A stretch of DNA of 64,000 nucleotides from Eledone cirrhosa (Eukaryota): assembly GCA_964016885.1 (NCBI GenBank), contig OZ024750.1, forward strand, positions 47,368,001 to 47,432,000, given 5' to 3'. Under the pieces are notes generated by a model, which was given only the letters and a program-made list of their open reading frames with translations, was not told the origin of the DNA and made no database searches. Below, one piece after another: positions 16,686 through 33,500 of this stretch. Each line of letters begins with the position of its first letter. The stretch's first letter is position 1. The position numbers and the translations under genes are program-made.

Positions 16686-17075
16686 ATTTCTACTTTAGGG
16701 ACAAGGCCAGCCACAGCTTCCGTGTATTACTGGTGCTTTATTGTATTGACACCGTAAGGATGAAAGCAAAGTTAACCTCGGTGGGATTTGAACTCAAAAC
16801 GTGACGGAACATAACACTATATTGCAAAGCTTCGTGCCAGACGTTCTACCGAGACTGTCATTCCACCAACTGATCTACCGATACTGCTTGTAAAAATTGT
16901 TTCTACGTTAGGCACAAGGCCAGCAATTATTCAGTGTATTACTGGTACTTTATTTTATCGACCCCGTAAGGATGAAAGGCAAAGTTAACCTCGGCGGGAT
17001 TTGAACTCAGAATGGCAAGGGCCGTAACTCTATACGTCAAAGCATGGCGTCCGACCCTCTCCCAATACTGCCAAA
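16686..17075 (-). mobile_element. Two tandem SINE family S copies
   Basis: Same consensus; B-box-like gagttcaaatcc on the minus strand. Confidence 0.8.
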
Positions 17076-17099
17076 TGGCTGTGAAATAACATGAATCAG

Positions 17100-18060
17100 T
17101 ATTTATTATTAACTGTTCTGTATCGGAGAATACTTAATGGTAACATTCCATCTAAAGAAAGGATGTAGGCGATTGGCCCTACACTAAAAGAATAAGAGGT
17201 GGTCTCAGGAGCTAATATTAAACAGGAAAAGTATTTGGGCCTGAGGCTTAGCCCCTGCAAAGGCAGGTCCATACCGTCCATCAGTGTACATGGTCAAAAG
17301 AAGGACGGACCGGTTAAATTGCTATGCGTCTGGTTTGGTCTTGTCGTCCTAAACTGGAACGATCTGAAGAGCATGTTAGCCTCTCTCACCCAGCATTTCA
17401 CCGAGAGAAAGATATTCCTGATGGTCGGGCGGAGATAGATAACGCGCACATCGAGCCCGTCATGTACTACCGGTTGACCGTCATGCTTTGTCCTAAAGCT
17501 CGTCTGAAGTCACTGGAGAGTTTGTTCTTTCACTTTTGTTGTAGGGACGCCCTCCGACGATCAGGGAGTCTATATGCTGTCAACACCCACTAAGGGGAAA
17601 ACTGGGCATGACATGACTAACGATGCTCAGACATGAGTTGAGACTATGACATCTCCACGTTTTCCTCGACAAGAAACATTTGTGTTTGCCTTTCGCTAAG
17701 CACGTTATTCCTCACCCCGTCTCCTTGACAGAGCTGCAATCCTTGATCAAACGGAAAACGAGACGGATTGCTTGGGAACTGAGATATCTCCAAGTGTTCA
17801 CTACCATTTCCCAATCGGAATTTGGGATAAGTGGAAACTCAAACTTGACTTTCTATAGAGAATTAGACTGACGGCGAGTTATTATTCTCCAGATGACTTT
17901 GGTCCAGGGCTAGTGGATAACATCTAGAGGACCCTGGTCTGGCAGTGCTACAAGTGATCGTGGCCAGTTCCAGATAAAATTTACAGGCATGGAAGTGCCG
18001 ACAGCCCGGCCTTATCGAGGTGCACGCAGGGCAACGAGACCGTCCTCCACACATTAGACC
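17100..18060 (+). pseudogene. Older decayed copy of the Tx1/L1-type LINE (RT C-terminal half)
   Basis: SGANIKQEKYLGLRL..KGRSIPS..DGPVKLLCVWFG; YYRLTV; VSLTELQS. Homologous to 20230-21100. Confidence 0.8.
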
Positions 18061-18109
18061 AGTTTACGAATATCACTGACTTCTGGGTTTATGTCAAACA
18101 AAGAGAGCC

Positions 18110-18670
18110 TTGGCAGTCGGTAGAGCGTCTGACAACATGATTCGCAGCATAGTGTTACGGCACTTTACAGTCTCAGATCAAATCCCGACGAGGTTAGCTT
18201 TACCTTTCATCATACGGCGTCGATAAATAAAGGACCAGTAATACACTAGGGTCGATTTAATCGACTTTCCCTCACCTTCAATTTGCTGGCCTTGTGACAA
18301 CAGTAGAAACAATTATTATTGTTATTCATATTATTATTATTATTATGTTCCGAGTTCAAATCCCGCCGAGGGTAGCTTTGACTTTCATCCTTACGGGAAT
18401 CGGTAAATAATGTACCAGTAATGCACTGGTTTAATTGCTGGTCTTGTGCCAAAAGTAGAAACATTATTATTATCATTATTAAGAGCGATGAATTGTCAGC
18501 ATCGGTAGAGCGTCAGGCGCCATGCTTTACAACATAGAGTTATGGCCATTTACGCTCTGAGTTAAAATCCCGCCCAGGTTAAATTTGCCTTTCATCCTTA
18601 CGGGGTCGATAAAATAAGGTAAAAGTAATAGACTGGGATAATTGCTGGCCTTGTGCCAAAAGTAGAAACA

Positions 18671-18672
<2 letters not shown>
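18110..18672 (+). mobile_element. Three SINE family S copies with (ATT)n tails
   Basis: Family consensus repeated at ~18110-18315, 18345-18465 and 18480-18672. Confidence 0.8.
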
Positions 18673-18703
<31 letters not shown>

Positions 18704-21700
18704 GAGTCTGAAACAACACCATCAAATCCATCACCACCATAGCCACGCAAACAAATAAAATCACACCCACAAAACATACAAAACTTTGTCCTCGTCAGGG
18801 AGACCAACAAGGAACTGATGGCCCTCGTAGCACGAAGTGAAAATATACAAAAAGAGGGGGACATTTTTAAATCGAGCACATTTCGCGTGACGGAGGAGAT
18901 TTGTTTCTGGTGCGAATGTCGCTCAATTTATACGAAGAGATACGAGGGAGCTTTCCTCGGGATGTGGGAACCCCGAACGTAAAACCCACCCCAAGACTTT
19001 TAAAGGAGTTCTCAAAAGAAACCCCACCAACTATGGAGGTTGACACACCCGACCTTCACAAGAGCGCGGAGGTAAGTAAACCTTTCCTCTCTCTCTTTTA
19101 ACATGCAAACATGGCCGTATTAAGAGTAGGAAATGTACATGTTCGAGGCCTGGGATCGTCCTGGAAGCAGAGTCACCTGCTCAACGACCTCTGGTCTCTA
19201 GAAATGGATGTAATTGCCATCAGCGAGACCAGGATTTCCGACACGCACGCACTAGCCCCCATTTTAGACGACTATCTGATCTTTGCATCTGTTAGTCGGC
19301 CGGGAATGAGAGGTGGGATGGCTTTGTTGTTTAGGAAAGGCCTGGATCTCGAGGTAAGGTTGATCTTCCGGGACCCGGACGGGAAGTTGGTGGTTATGGA
19401 CGTGAACAATAACGAAGGTGGTGCCTTTAGACTGGTGGACGTCTACGCCCCTACTGCGGCAGGATGACCGGCCTTCTTTAGACGCCTGGAAGCCTTTCTG
19501 GGTACGTTTCGCCCTTTACTCTTAGCGGGGGACTGGAACGGCATCTTAGACGCACGCTGGGACTGAGTGGGAGTATCCGATAGGAGCGGGGGGTGCAAAA
19601 TCTCAAGAACCTGATGAGCCAGTTCCAAATCTCTGACAGGTACCGACTAGATTTCCCTAATGCGCCAGTGTGGAGCTGCACTAACCGCATAGTGTCATCT
19701 AGAGGTTGCTGCTAGTCGTCGGGAATTTGGCTGGGGAGGCGCAAACTTATGCAATGCTAACTACGTCCATACACGACAACCCCCACATAATGCGATACAT
19801 CATATAGAAGGTAGGGTGTAAACCTGGCTTCGGTGGGGCTCTGATCAATTTCGATCAATCGAAAGCATTCAATAGGGTCGACCCTCTGTACTTGGAGGCT
19901 GTCCTCAAGCGGCTGGCTTCGGCCCCGTCTTCAGAAGCTGGATCGCTGCAATGCACAGCGGCACCTGCTCGGTGGTCAAAATTAATGGCTACTTCTCGGA
20001 AGCGTTTCAAGTGTCACGATCGGTCCGTCAAGGGTGCCTTATCTCCTCCCTTCTGTACGTATTGACTCTCGAGCCTTTACTGCGGAAGCTGGAGCTGTTG
20101 CCGGGCATCCCGTTCAAACCGGGACGCGGAAAGGCTGTGTCGGCTTATGAGGACGACATCACCGTGATGGTGTCGGACACTTCAGAAATCGAGGTGGTCG
20201 GCAACTTATTGGAGGAATATGAAAGGTTGACGGGAACAAAACTTAACCTGGAAAAGTCGGTGTGCTTGCAACTCGGCACCTGGAGAGGCAGGTCCATGCC
20301 GTCCAACAGCGTCGTTAGGCGCTGGACGGACAGACCGGTAAAGTTGGTCGGAGTTTGGTTCGGGCCAGACCTCCAGGTGGATAAGAATTGCGAGTAGGTG
20401 ATGGGCAGTGTAGCCAGTCTCACTCAGAAATGGGCGGCGATGAAGCTATCACTAAAAGGTCGGGCGGAGGTGGCGAACACGTACATCGCGTCCGTCATCT
20501 ACTACCGTCTGACCGTTGTCCCTTTCCCCCGTTCACACCTCGCCATCTGGGAGCGTCTCCTCTTCAAATTCTTGTGGAGTGGTCAGGTTCCGCTGGTGAG
20601 GCGGTCCATCTGCTGCCAGCACCCTCTACGGGGAGGGCTGGGCATGCCGTGGCTAATGATGCGCAGGCCCGTGCTGAGGCTGCGACATCTCCAGATATTC
20701 TGCCTAAACGGTGAACAGGTGTGGTCGCCGTTTGTCAGAAGGGCCTTCCGCAGCTCGTTTCTTTGACTGAGCTGCAGTCCTGGGTCAAGAAGAGACCGAG
20801 ACTGGGCGACTGGCATCTGGAATGTTGCCAAGCACTCACTGCCATCTACCAGGCGGGCAATGCGGTCAGTGGAACTTCCACTCTCGAGTTATATAGAGGA
20901 ATAGTGGTCGGCAAGTGCGACGACGCACTCGGAGAGGCTCTGGGAGTCAACGAAGTCGAACTAACCAGTCTGTACCGGAGGACTTGCGAGCCGGGGACAA
21001 TGGATAATTTCCAAAAATGCCTCGCTTGGCAGTGCTACCGGGGGGCACTGCCGGTTCGAGATAAACTCTACAGACACGAAACGTTCTGCACGCACTCGTC
21101 CAGTGTCTGTGCATTACTGACTTGTGGAGCTATGTTGAACAGCTGTTGTCGCGAGTAGAATGGATCTGGCTATCGGCCGAGTCCTTAGTGAAGAACGACA
21201 TGCCGCCTTCTTTTGGCCAGGAAGGGCAGGCAATTTTCCTCTGTCTGATGGCAATAGCGAAAGAGGTTGTATGGTGGACGAGGTTGAAAAGACTGAAGAC
21301 AGACACTTTTCTCTTCGGCCAATCTCTCATCAACTTTTTCAAATTTCACTTGGAAAGGAAAGTGAGGGTTGCGAGAGAAGTGCTGCCCCCCCCCCCCCAG
21401 TACATTTGCTGAAAGGTGGTTGAGTGTGGCGAGAATGGCCCGTGCGAGTGGGCCTACTCTGGTCATGCGGCTTTAGGTAGGTAAACTTGAGGTGGAGAGG
21501 GCTGCCCTTCCAGGGTTCTCTCGAAGCATCGTGTCGTTCAGGATTGGTGGGGTACCTGAGCGAACCCTGGGTGGTCATCCCCCCTATTGGGGAATTTTTT
21601 CTTGTTGTAATCTTCTTATTGTTATTGTTATTCATATTGCTTACTCGATTTTTCTGTAAACCCCACTGTCCCATTCTTTTGTATTGTCTCATATATATCG

Positions 21701-21725
21701 GCCCTTGTGGCCAATACATGAAATC
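18704..21725 (+). mobile_element. Tx1/L1-group LINE (ORF1 remnant, APE endonuclease, RT), disrupted and internally deleted
   Basis: APE: VGNVHVRGL...DVIAISETRI...LVDVYAP...LAGDWN (19111-19700). RT: SVRQGC.ISSLLYVLTLEPL, SAYEDDITV, GGLGMPWL. Frameshifts and stops. Flanked by (ATT)n and (TAG/ATT)n. Confidence 0.9.
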
Positions 21726-21765
21726 ATTACTAGTAGTAGTAATATTATTATTATTAGTAGTGGTA

Positions 21766-21797
<32 letters not shown>
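21726..21797. repeat. (TAG)n/(ATT)n microsatellite at the LINE 3' end
   Basis: Direct inspection. Confidence 0.9.
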
Positions 21798-22079
21798 CTC
21801 AGCAACAGCTTAGTAACAATATGTCGGAGCTTGGCTTTATATGGATACTCACAAATGTTTAGTAATGGTTGTGACTGTATGGACTGTAACTACTATTACA
21901 ACTGATGATGATGGTGGGCCTGCTTGATATATATTAGAATGATATACCCAAAGACAGCATGGTAAGTATAATATATATCTGTGTATCCGTATAGATATCC
22001 AGCAAACTTCTTACAGACTGACTGCTCAAACAATGGGTCAGTATGTATAATCTTTACGAATATTGAAATTTATAATTAA

Positions 22080-22280
22080 TTGTTTATACTTTTGGTACTT
22101 TTGACTCAAGGCCAGCAATTATCCCCGTGCATTACTGGTCCTTTATTTTATCGACCCCGTAAGGATGAAAGGCAAAGTTACCCTCGGCGGGATTTGAACT
22201 CAGATCGTAAATGGGTATAACTCTATGTTGCAAAGCATAGCGTCCGACCCTCTACCGATATTGCCAATCCATCGCCCTAG
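22080..22280 (-). mobile_element. SINE family S, near full length
   Basis: Consensus match including the tRNA-like head (ggcaatatcggtagagggtcggac...gagttcaaatcc on minus). Confidence 0.85.
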
Positions 22281-22719
22281 AACTGTAGAATCAGTGTCCT
22301 TGAGCTGTGATGTTGTTTTTACGTTGTAATTTGTAGTGTTTCACCCATTACGTATATCTGACATCAAATACATACCTGAGAATTGATTGAAAGTGAGAGG
22401 AGGAGTTATGAATGGGTAAAAATAAATGATTACTTTTCAAATATATTTGCACTTATATCTCCTTACGTATGAAAAGAAGAGTAACAAAACAGAATGACGC
22501 ATAAATATACTTTGATTCCTAATAACGCATTAATACATCATCGACCACTTCGATTACCTTATCTGCCGAGATTACCAGTTTTTCTTTTCTTTTTTATTTT
22601 GTACATCACAAAATATGTATGAATTGCTCTTAACAGACGCATACAGATATATGTTTACAAATGTATGTACTTATACATAACAATACATACACACACGTAC
22701 ACACACATACATACACATA

Positions 22720-25518
<2,799 letters not shown>

Positions 25519-25750
25519 TGAATTACATAGTAATGTTTCCCATATTCGTGTACGTCCATTTCATTACCACATATATTGGGTTCACGCAACCAATTATTAT
25601 CTTAACGTTTGATGTGCTCTATCCACTGAGTTATTCTTCATATTATGGACATTTATATATTACTCATTTTCTAACAACGTCTCTTCATGTCATATCTTTG
25701 ATATTTTGCGTTATGTTTTTCTGTTGAATGTTCTCATATGTATATATTCA

Positions 25751-25789
<39 letters not shown>

Positions 25790-27619
25790 TTATAATAGCA
25801 TAATAGGCATACATACGTATATATAAATATATTAACTTTAATTTATCTTTCCTGCCAACCTTTATTCTATATTTAAGGACATGTTTGTGCGATAAACATT
25901 TTGGATAGTTATCATATAGATATTCCATGTATGTGTGTACGTTATTAGCAATTTTGTTACATAAATCAATGGAATAAATGCAAATTAACTGAAGGCAATT
26001 AAAATTAAACATATAACTTGAATAATTTTACCGATAAAAATCATAAATGGAAAACTAATTGCCTTTTTAATATTGTTTCTTTGATGAAATAGAGATGAGC
26101 TTGTATACTTGTTACATTGACGACCATTAGATGGGATATTTTCATGCAGTGTAATAGTGTGATTTCAAACTGCTGTACTTCAAACATTTAAAATCTTTTA
26201 TGTATCGACTTTAATATCAGTTATTACCAAGAAATTTCCCGAATGTCAAGTCTTCGAAAAATTGGTCTCTAACGCCCAAATTGAGCTAACTGCGTAAATT
26301 GTGATTTTATTTGTCTTACAATACTCCTTTCTCACTACTTTATTGTAAGTTACACTGTACTGGTGTTCCCAAACTATTCTCTAACAAACCTTTCGGTTTA
26401 CTTCTTCAATGATTCAATGAGTGTCGGTTTCTTCCAACGCTTTCTTAACCTATTCTCGGTATATATTTCAAATAATTCTAGAACAGTTTGTTCCAATAAT
26501 AAATGGTATTTACGGAGTTTAATCTATGCATCATGCCACATTATAATGTGTGAGATTGCTTAACGGTTTGCATTCCTGGCTATGCACTTATCAACGCATT
26601 ATATATAATGCCAATGGAAGCAAATTGTTCTTTATCAGATGCCATATACTCTTTATAAAATAAAGAACATTCAAACTATATATTGTTTTGTATTTCATGG
26701 TAATTTCCTGCAATTATTTTTAGTCAATGAACCTGCAAAGATGAACACTAAAGTAGCACTCGGCAGTCTTTGAACTCAGAATTTAAACTACTACCATATT
26801 AATATCTGCAGAGAAAAAAAAAAAAATAATAAAAAACAGAAATATAGCTGTAAATATAGAGAAACCAACTTATTACCTTAAGTTATATTGGTGAACACTT
26901 CACCACATTTCATGCAGCTTTCCGCTGAATCTAACAAGCGTTTTTATTTTCAGTCTACCAAGTGTAAAATAGTTATAATTTATCAGAGAAGGAATTTGTC
27001 GTTTAGCCTTTTTGTGATATTCCCCAAATGCATGTGTTAAGTGTAAAATACATTAATTGAAGCCTTTGTTTATTAATTCACTATGTTACAATGTTCACTA
27101 GTATTCGGTCAGAAGCTGCACGGAGCCAGGCCAAATAACTTGTGTTATTTAGTTACATCACTTGAAAAGTCTGAACTCTAATCCTGTCAGGAGTCAAATC
27201 GCTTTTCATCGATATGAGGTCAGAGAGAAAATTAACTAAATCCTATTATAAGTTCGAATCTATCAAATAATTTTCCCATTCTCCGTTCCACATTCGTTGT
27301 CTTCTCCTAATAATAAAAGAAGAAAAATCAATATTAATCAGAATCAGTAAATGTATTGAACGTTATAGTGCTGGAAAGCAAGCCCATGGCGATTCTACTG
27401 TCCAGTGCTATTTCCATTCAATAATTGAAAGCTAGTCATTCATTTACTTTGACTAATATTGTCTGAATTAAATGAAAAAAAAGGAAAGAAGGTAATTTCA
27501 ATAATCCATAGAATCACTACGAAATAAGAACTTTTGTGCCTTGTCGAAGTTAATTACGATAGATGATGTGCAATCCTCGACCTGCTTTATAGAGCAGCTA
27601 AACTCATTCATGTTATTTC

Positions 27620-27806
27620 CTAGTGAATTGGCAGTATCGGTAGAGGGTTTGACATGCTTTCCAGCATAGTTTCGTCCCTTTACGATCTGAGTTCAAATGC
27701 CGCCGAGGTTAACTTTGTCTTTCATCCTTAAGAGGTCGATAAAATAAAGTACCAGTAATGCACTGGGTATTTGCTGGCCTTGTGCCTAAAGTAGAAACAA
27801 TTATTT
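27620..27806 (+). mobile_element. SINE family S
   Basis: tggcagtatcggtagagg...gagttcaaatgcc...ttcatccttaagaggtcgataaaataaagtaccag...gtagaaacaatt. Confidence 0.85.
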
Positions 27807-28413
27807 CTTAATCCGTCATATGGTTGGGTACATGTAGGATCACGACCAGGTCGCCGGTCCCTCAGCAATACCATACGCTACATTGCAGGAGGTCTTATAA
27901 GGAGTCATCAACATTGATTGAACAGATATTTAGAGGATGTAAATATATAGACTCATATTCAATCAAGGACACTGCTGCCCAATTCAAACGCATAATCTGA
28001 CTAAAGCAAATATAAACTGGCCAAAGGATGACCTCGGAACTCCCTTCGCCCCACCAGCGTCAGCGCTTTTATCGTTAACAAAAATGATAATGTATTTTAA
28101 ATATTTCAGTTTACGTAAACGTGTTAAAGAAAATAATATATAAATAGTCTCACAGTCATACTATGGAACGAAGACTTTAGGTTCTATATTAATGCTTGCA
28201 ACAGAATGTACTCCGCCAAACGTAGTCAAGGCTCAAGTATTGCTATTAATACAAATGATAGCTTGATTAAACCATAAACAAACGTTACGCAAATTGTTGC
28301 TGGTTTGCAGAGGGAAAGTTTCTAGGAGCTAAACAACATTTAGTGAAAACATATTACTAAATATATTTATCACAGAGACCTAGAGAATCTTGGCTTTGCG
28401 CTTCGAAATATAT

Positions 28414-28497
<84 letters not shown>

Positions 28498-28549
28498 TAA
28501 TAAAAATAATGAATAAAAACAAAGAAACAGTTCCTTATATTAAATAATT

Positions 28550-28664
28550 CATCAATGTACGATCGTTTCTAGCATATATATGTTTGTGTTTGTTTGTATA
28601 TCATATAGATCTATGTAAAAATTTTACAAACTATCAGAAATATATGCTGTCTTCAGAAATAATG
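28550..28664 (-). ncRNA. Candidate, partly decayed type I HHR in a (TA)n-flanked insert (28494-28664)
   Basis: Minus strand: CTGAAGA-c-agcatatat...atatatgct-a-GAA-ACGATCGT(palindrome)-A. Stem I is poorly paired next to the core. Confidence 0.5.
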
Positions 28665-28989
28665 TATATATATATATATATATATATACAGTAGTTAAAT
28701 AACAGCGTTATCCCCAGTCTCTACAGTGATGAAATCTATTCGTAAGGAACCTATACTATTGTCCGTAAAATGAATATGTTCTTTCTTAAAATGAATATGC
28801 TAAAAAGGTATTTAAATGTTGCATAACTTAACTTTAACGATGTATTTAGAATGTTTAAATACGAAACATAATAAAGAAAATAATACAAATTTGTATTCTG
28901 CGAAAATTGTAAAGCAATCACAGAAATTCAGTATATACAATGTTATTAACTATTTTCTATGGAGCAAATAGAAAGAGTGAATGTGGTAT

Positions 28990-29400
28990 TCATAGTCTGG
29001 AATACACTCTAATTAATTGAACATGTGAGAAACCGCCCTTTATAGATGAAGTACGACCACCTGCAGGATTTGATATTTCAACTTGTTAAATGACGTTTCT
29101 GCAACAGACTCTTGGAATTGTTATGATTTGGAAGAAAAGGTAAAAACAGTTGATATTTGGGGCATCATAGGTATAATCACGATATCTCCCTCATCACATC
29201 CAGCGACGATTTTGGTTTCGATAATGAGACTCTTTAGTTCATTCACTATCATGCGTATCCTCTTAAAAAATCATGATTGATCCATGTTGCTGAGAAGCAA
29301 GATGACCGCCGCTTCCTTCAATTGAAAATTGCGAAAATCCTCGCACCCCTCCACGGTCCTCATTCCATTTTCAGAAAAGAAGGTCATTGCAAGCATGTCG
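28990..29400 (-). pseudogene. Helitron Pif1-like helicase C-terminal remnant
   Basis: LKEAAVILLLSNMD...RMIVNELKSLIIETKIVAGCDEGDIVIIPMMP...QF....FNK....LQVVVLHL...FSHVQL..YSR, matching the Helitron LKVGxPVILLRN...FIPRI...QFPV..A.TINKSQGQ...FSHGQLYVA.SR region. Contains stops. Confidence 0.75.
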
Positions 29401-29468
29401 GAGTACAGATTAGTGGAAAACAGGAAAAAACATAGGTAAAAAAAAAAATATATTCATAATTCCCGCCC

Positions 29469-30176
<708 letters not shown>

Positions 30177-30439
30177 GTTAACATTAAACTCTTTACATAC
30201 AGAATAGCTGGCCACTCACAGTAAAGTGACCAGTGAAAAAACTTGGTACATCTACATATGTATACGTGTGTGTATTCATATACATACTAGTATTTCAGTA
30301 TACATATATGGATGTACATCTTTAACTTAATTGTTTAAGCGTCAGTCATACAAAAGTGAGTTACAAAGGAAACGAAGTTTAATTTCGTTTCGTTATTTGT
30401 TTTTATCGTCTCCGTTGAACCGGTACTTACTCACACTCT

Positions 30440-30447
30440 ATGCAAAT
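30440..30447 (+). promoter_or_regulatory. Octamer ATGCAAAT (once per monomer)
   Basis: Exact match; also present in the diverged 432-bp relative (49767-49774, minus). Function inferred only. Confidence 0.4.
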
Positions 30448-30532
30448 TAGTCTGCCCACTACTAATTTTCATAGAAAAAGCATATTACGATATGTGCTTT
30501 TACGATTCTCTAGAGAGGCCGGAAGATAGGTA

Positions 30533-30577
30533 AATATTGCTGATGAGTTGTAACAACAACGAAACTAGTTCAATATT
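30533..30577 (+). ncRNA. Minimal type I hammerhead ribozyme (first of 14; last at 36604-36648)
   Basis: aatattg-CTGATGA-gttgt(aaca)acaac-GAA-ACTAGT(palindromic stem III)-T-caatatt. Predicted GUU cleavage after 30570. Confidence 0.88.
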
Positions 30578-33500
30578 CCTTGTCTGGCTTTCTGGAGAAT
30601 AGAGGAAAGGTGTTTCCTCAAAAACCAGTATGACTCTAAAAACCGGTTTGTCTGTGTGTTTACATACAGAATAGCTGGCCACTCACAGTAAAGTGACCAG
30701 TGAAAAAACTTGGTACATCTACATATGTATACGTGTGTGTATTCATAAACATACTAGTATTTCAGTATACATATATGGATGTACATCTTTAACTTAATTG
30801 TTTAAGCGTCAGTCATACAAAAGTGAGTTACAAACGAAACGAAGTTTAATTTCGTTTCGTTATTTGTTTTTATCGTCTCCGTTGAACCGGTACTTACTCA
30901 CACTCTATGCAAATTAGTCTGCCCACTACTAATTTTCATAGAAAAAGCATATAACGATATGTGCTTTTACGATTCTCTAGAGAGGCCGGAAGATAGGTAA
31001 ATATTGCTGATGAGTTGTAACAACAACGAAACTAGTTCAATATTCCTTGTCTGGCTTTCTGAAGAATAGAGGAAAGGTGTTTCCTCAAAAACCAGTATGA
31101 CTCTAAAAACCGGTTTGTCTGTGTGTTTACATACAGAATAGCTGGCCACTCACAGTAAAGTGACCAGTGAAAAAACTTGGTACATCTACATATGTATACG
31201 TGTGTGTATTCATATACATACTAGTATTTCAGTATACATATATGGATGTACATCTTTAACTTAATTGTTTAAGCGTCAGTCATACAAAAGTGAGTTACAA
31301 ACGAAACGAAGTTTAATTTCGTTTCGTTATTTGTTTTTATCGTCTCCGTTGAACCGGTACTTACTCACACTCTATGCAAATTAGTCTGCCCACTACTAAT
31401 TTTCATAGAAAAAGCATATTACGATATGTGCTTTTACGATTCTCTAGAGAGGCCGGAAGATAGGTAAATATTGCTGATGAATTGTAACAACAACGAAACT
31501 AGTTCAATATTCCTTGTCTGGCTTTCTGAAGAATAGAGGAAAGGTGTTTCCTCAAAAACCAGTATGACTCTAAAAACCGGTTTGTCTGTGTGTTTACATA
31601 CAGAATAGCTGGCCACTCACAGTAAAGTGACCAGTGAAAAAACTTGGTACATCTACATATGTATACGTGTGTGTATTCATAAACATACTAGTATTTCAGT
31701 ATACATATATGGATGTACATCTTTAACTTAATTGTTTAAGCGTCAGTCATACAAAAGTGAGTTACAAACGAAACGAAGTTTAATTTCGTTTCGTTATTTG
31801 TTTTTATCGTCTCCGTTGAACCGGTACTTACTCACACTCTATGCAAATTAGTCTGCCCACTACTAATTTTCATAGAAAAAGCATATAACGATATGTGCTT
31901 TTACGATTCTCTAGAGAGGCCGGAAGATAGGTAAATATTGCTGATGAGTTGTAACAACAACGAAACTAGTTCAATATTCCTTGTCTGGCTTTCTGAAGAA
32001 TAGAGGAAAGGTGTTTCCTCAAAAACCAGTATGACTCTAAAAACCGGTTTGTCTGTGTGTTTACATACAGAATAGCTGGCCACTCACAGTAAAGTGACCA
32101 GTGAAAAAACTTGGTACATCTACATATGTATACGTGTGTGTATTCATATACATACTAGTATTTCAGTATACATATATGGATGTACATCTTTAACTTAATT
32201 GTTTAAGCGTCAGTCATACAAAAGTGAGTTACAAACGAAACGAAGTTTAATTTCGTTTCGTTATTTGTTTTTATCGTCTCCGTTGAACCGGTACTTACTC
32301 ACACTCTATGCAAATTAGTCTGCCCACTACTAATTTTCATAGAAAAAGCATATTACGATATGTGCTTTTACGATTCTCTAGAGAGGCCGGAAGATAGGTA
32401 AATATTGCTGATGAATTGTAACAACAACGAAACTAGTTCAATATTCCTTGTCTGGCTTTCTGAAGAATAGAGGAAAGGTGTTTCCTCAAAAACCAGTATG
32501 ACTCTAAAAACCGGTTTGTCTGTGTGTTTACATACAGAATAGCTGGCCACTCACAGTAAAGTGACCAGTGAAAAAACTTGGTACATCTACATATGTATAC
32601 GTGTGTGTATTCATAAACATACTAGTATTTCAGTATACATATATGGATGTACATCTTTAACTTAATTGTTTAAGCGTCAGTCATACAAAAGTGAGTTACA
32701 AACGAAACGAAGTTTAATTTCGTTTCGTTATTTGTTTTTATCGTCTCCGTTGAACCGGTACTTACTCACACTCTATGCAAATTAGTCTGCCCACTACTAA
32801 TTTTCATAGAAAAAGCATATAACGATATGTGCTTTTACGATTCTCTAGAGAGGCCGGAAGATAGGTAAATATTGCTGATGAGTTGTAACAACAACGAAAC
32901 TAGTTCAATATTCCTTGTCTGGCTTTCTGAAGAATAGAGGAAAGGTGTTTCCTCAAAAACCAGTATGACTCTAAAAACCGGTTTGTCTGTGTGTTTACAT
33001 ACAGAATAGCTGGCCACTCACAGTAAAGTGACCAGTGAAAAAACTTGGTACATCTACATATGTATACGTGTGTGTATTCATATACATACTAGTATTTAAG
33101 TATACATATATGGATGTACATCTTTAACTTAATTGTTTAAGCGTCAGTCATACAAAAGTGAGTTACAAACGAAACGAAGTTTAATTTCGTTTCGTTATTT
33201 GTTTTTATCGTCTCCGTTGAACCGGTACTTACTCACACTCTATGCAAATTAGTCTGCCCACTACTAATTTTCATAGAAAAAGCATATTACGATATGTGCT
33301 TTTACGATTCTCTAGAGAGGCCGGAAGATAGGTAAATATTGCTGATGAATTGTAACAACAACGAAACTAGTTCAATATTCCTTGTCTGGCTTTCTGAAGA
33401 ATAGAGGAAAGGTGTTTCCTCAAAAACCAGTATGACTCTAAAAACCGGTTTGTCTGTGTGTTTACATACAGAATAGCTGGCCACTCACAGTAAAGTGACC

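Noticed and set aside
26300-26931. Possible decayed host exons on the minus strand
   Set aside because: Multiple stops and no family recognised; splice-like sites could be chance
31059-31116. Second HHR in the monomer (CTGAAGA...AAAACCGGTT)
   Set aside because: G12 is missing, there is no stem I, and CTGAAGA is CTGGAGA in several copies; at most a vestige
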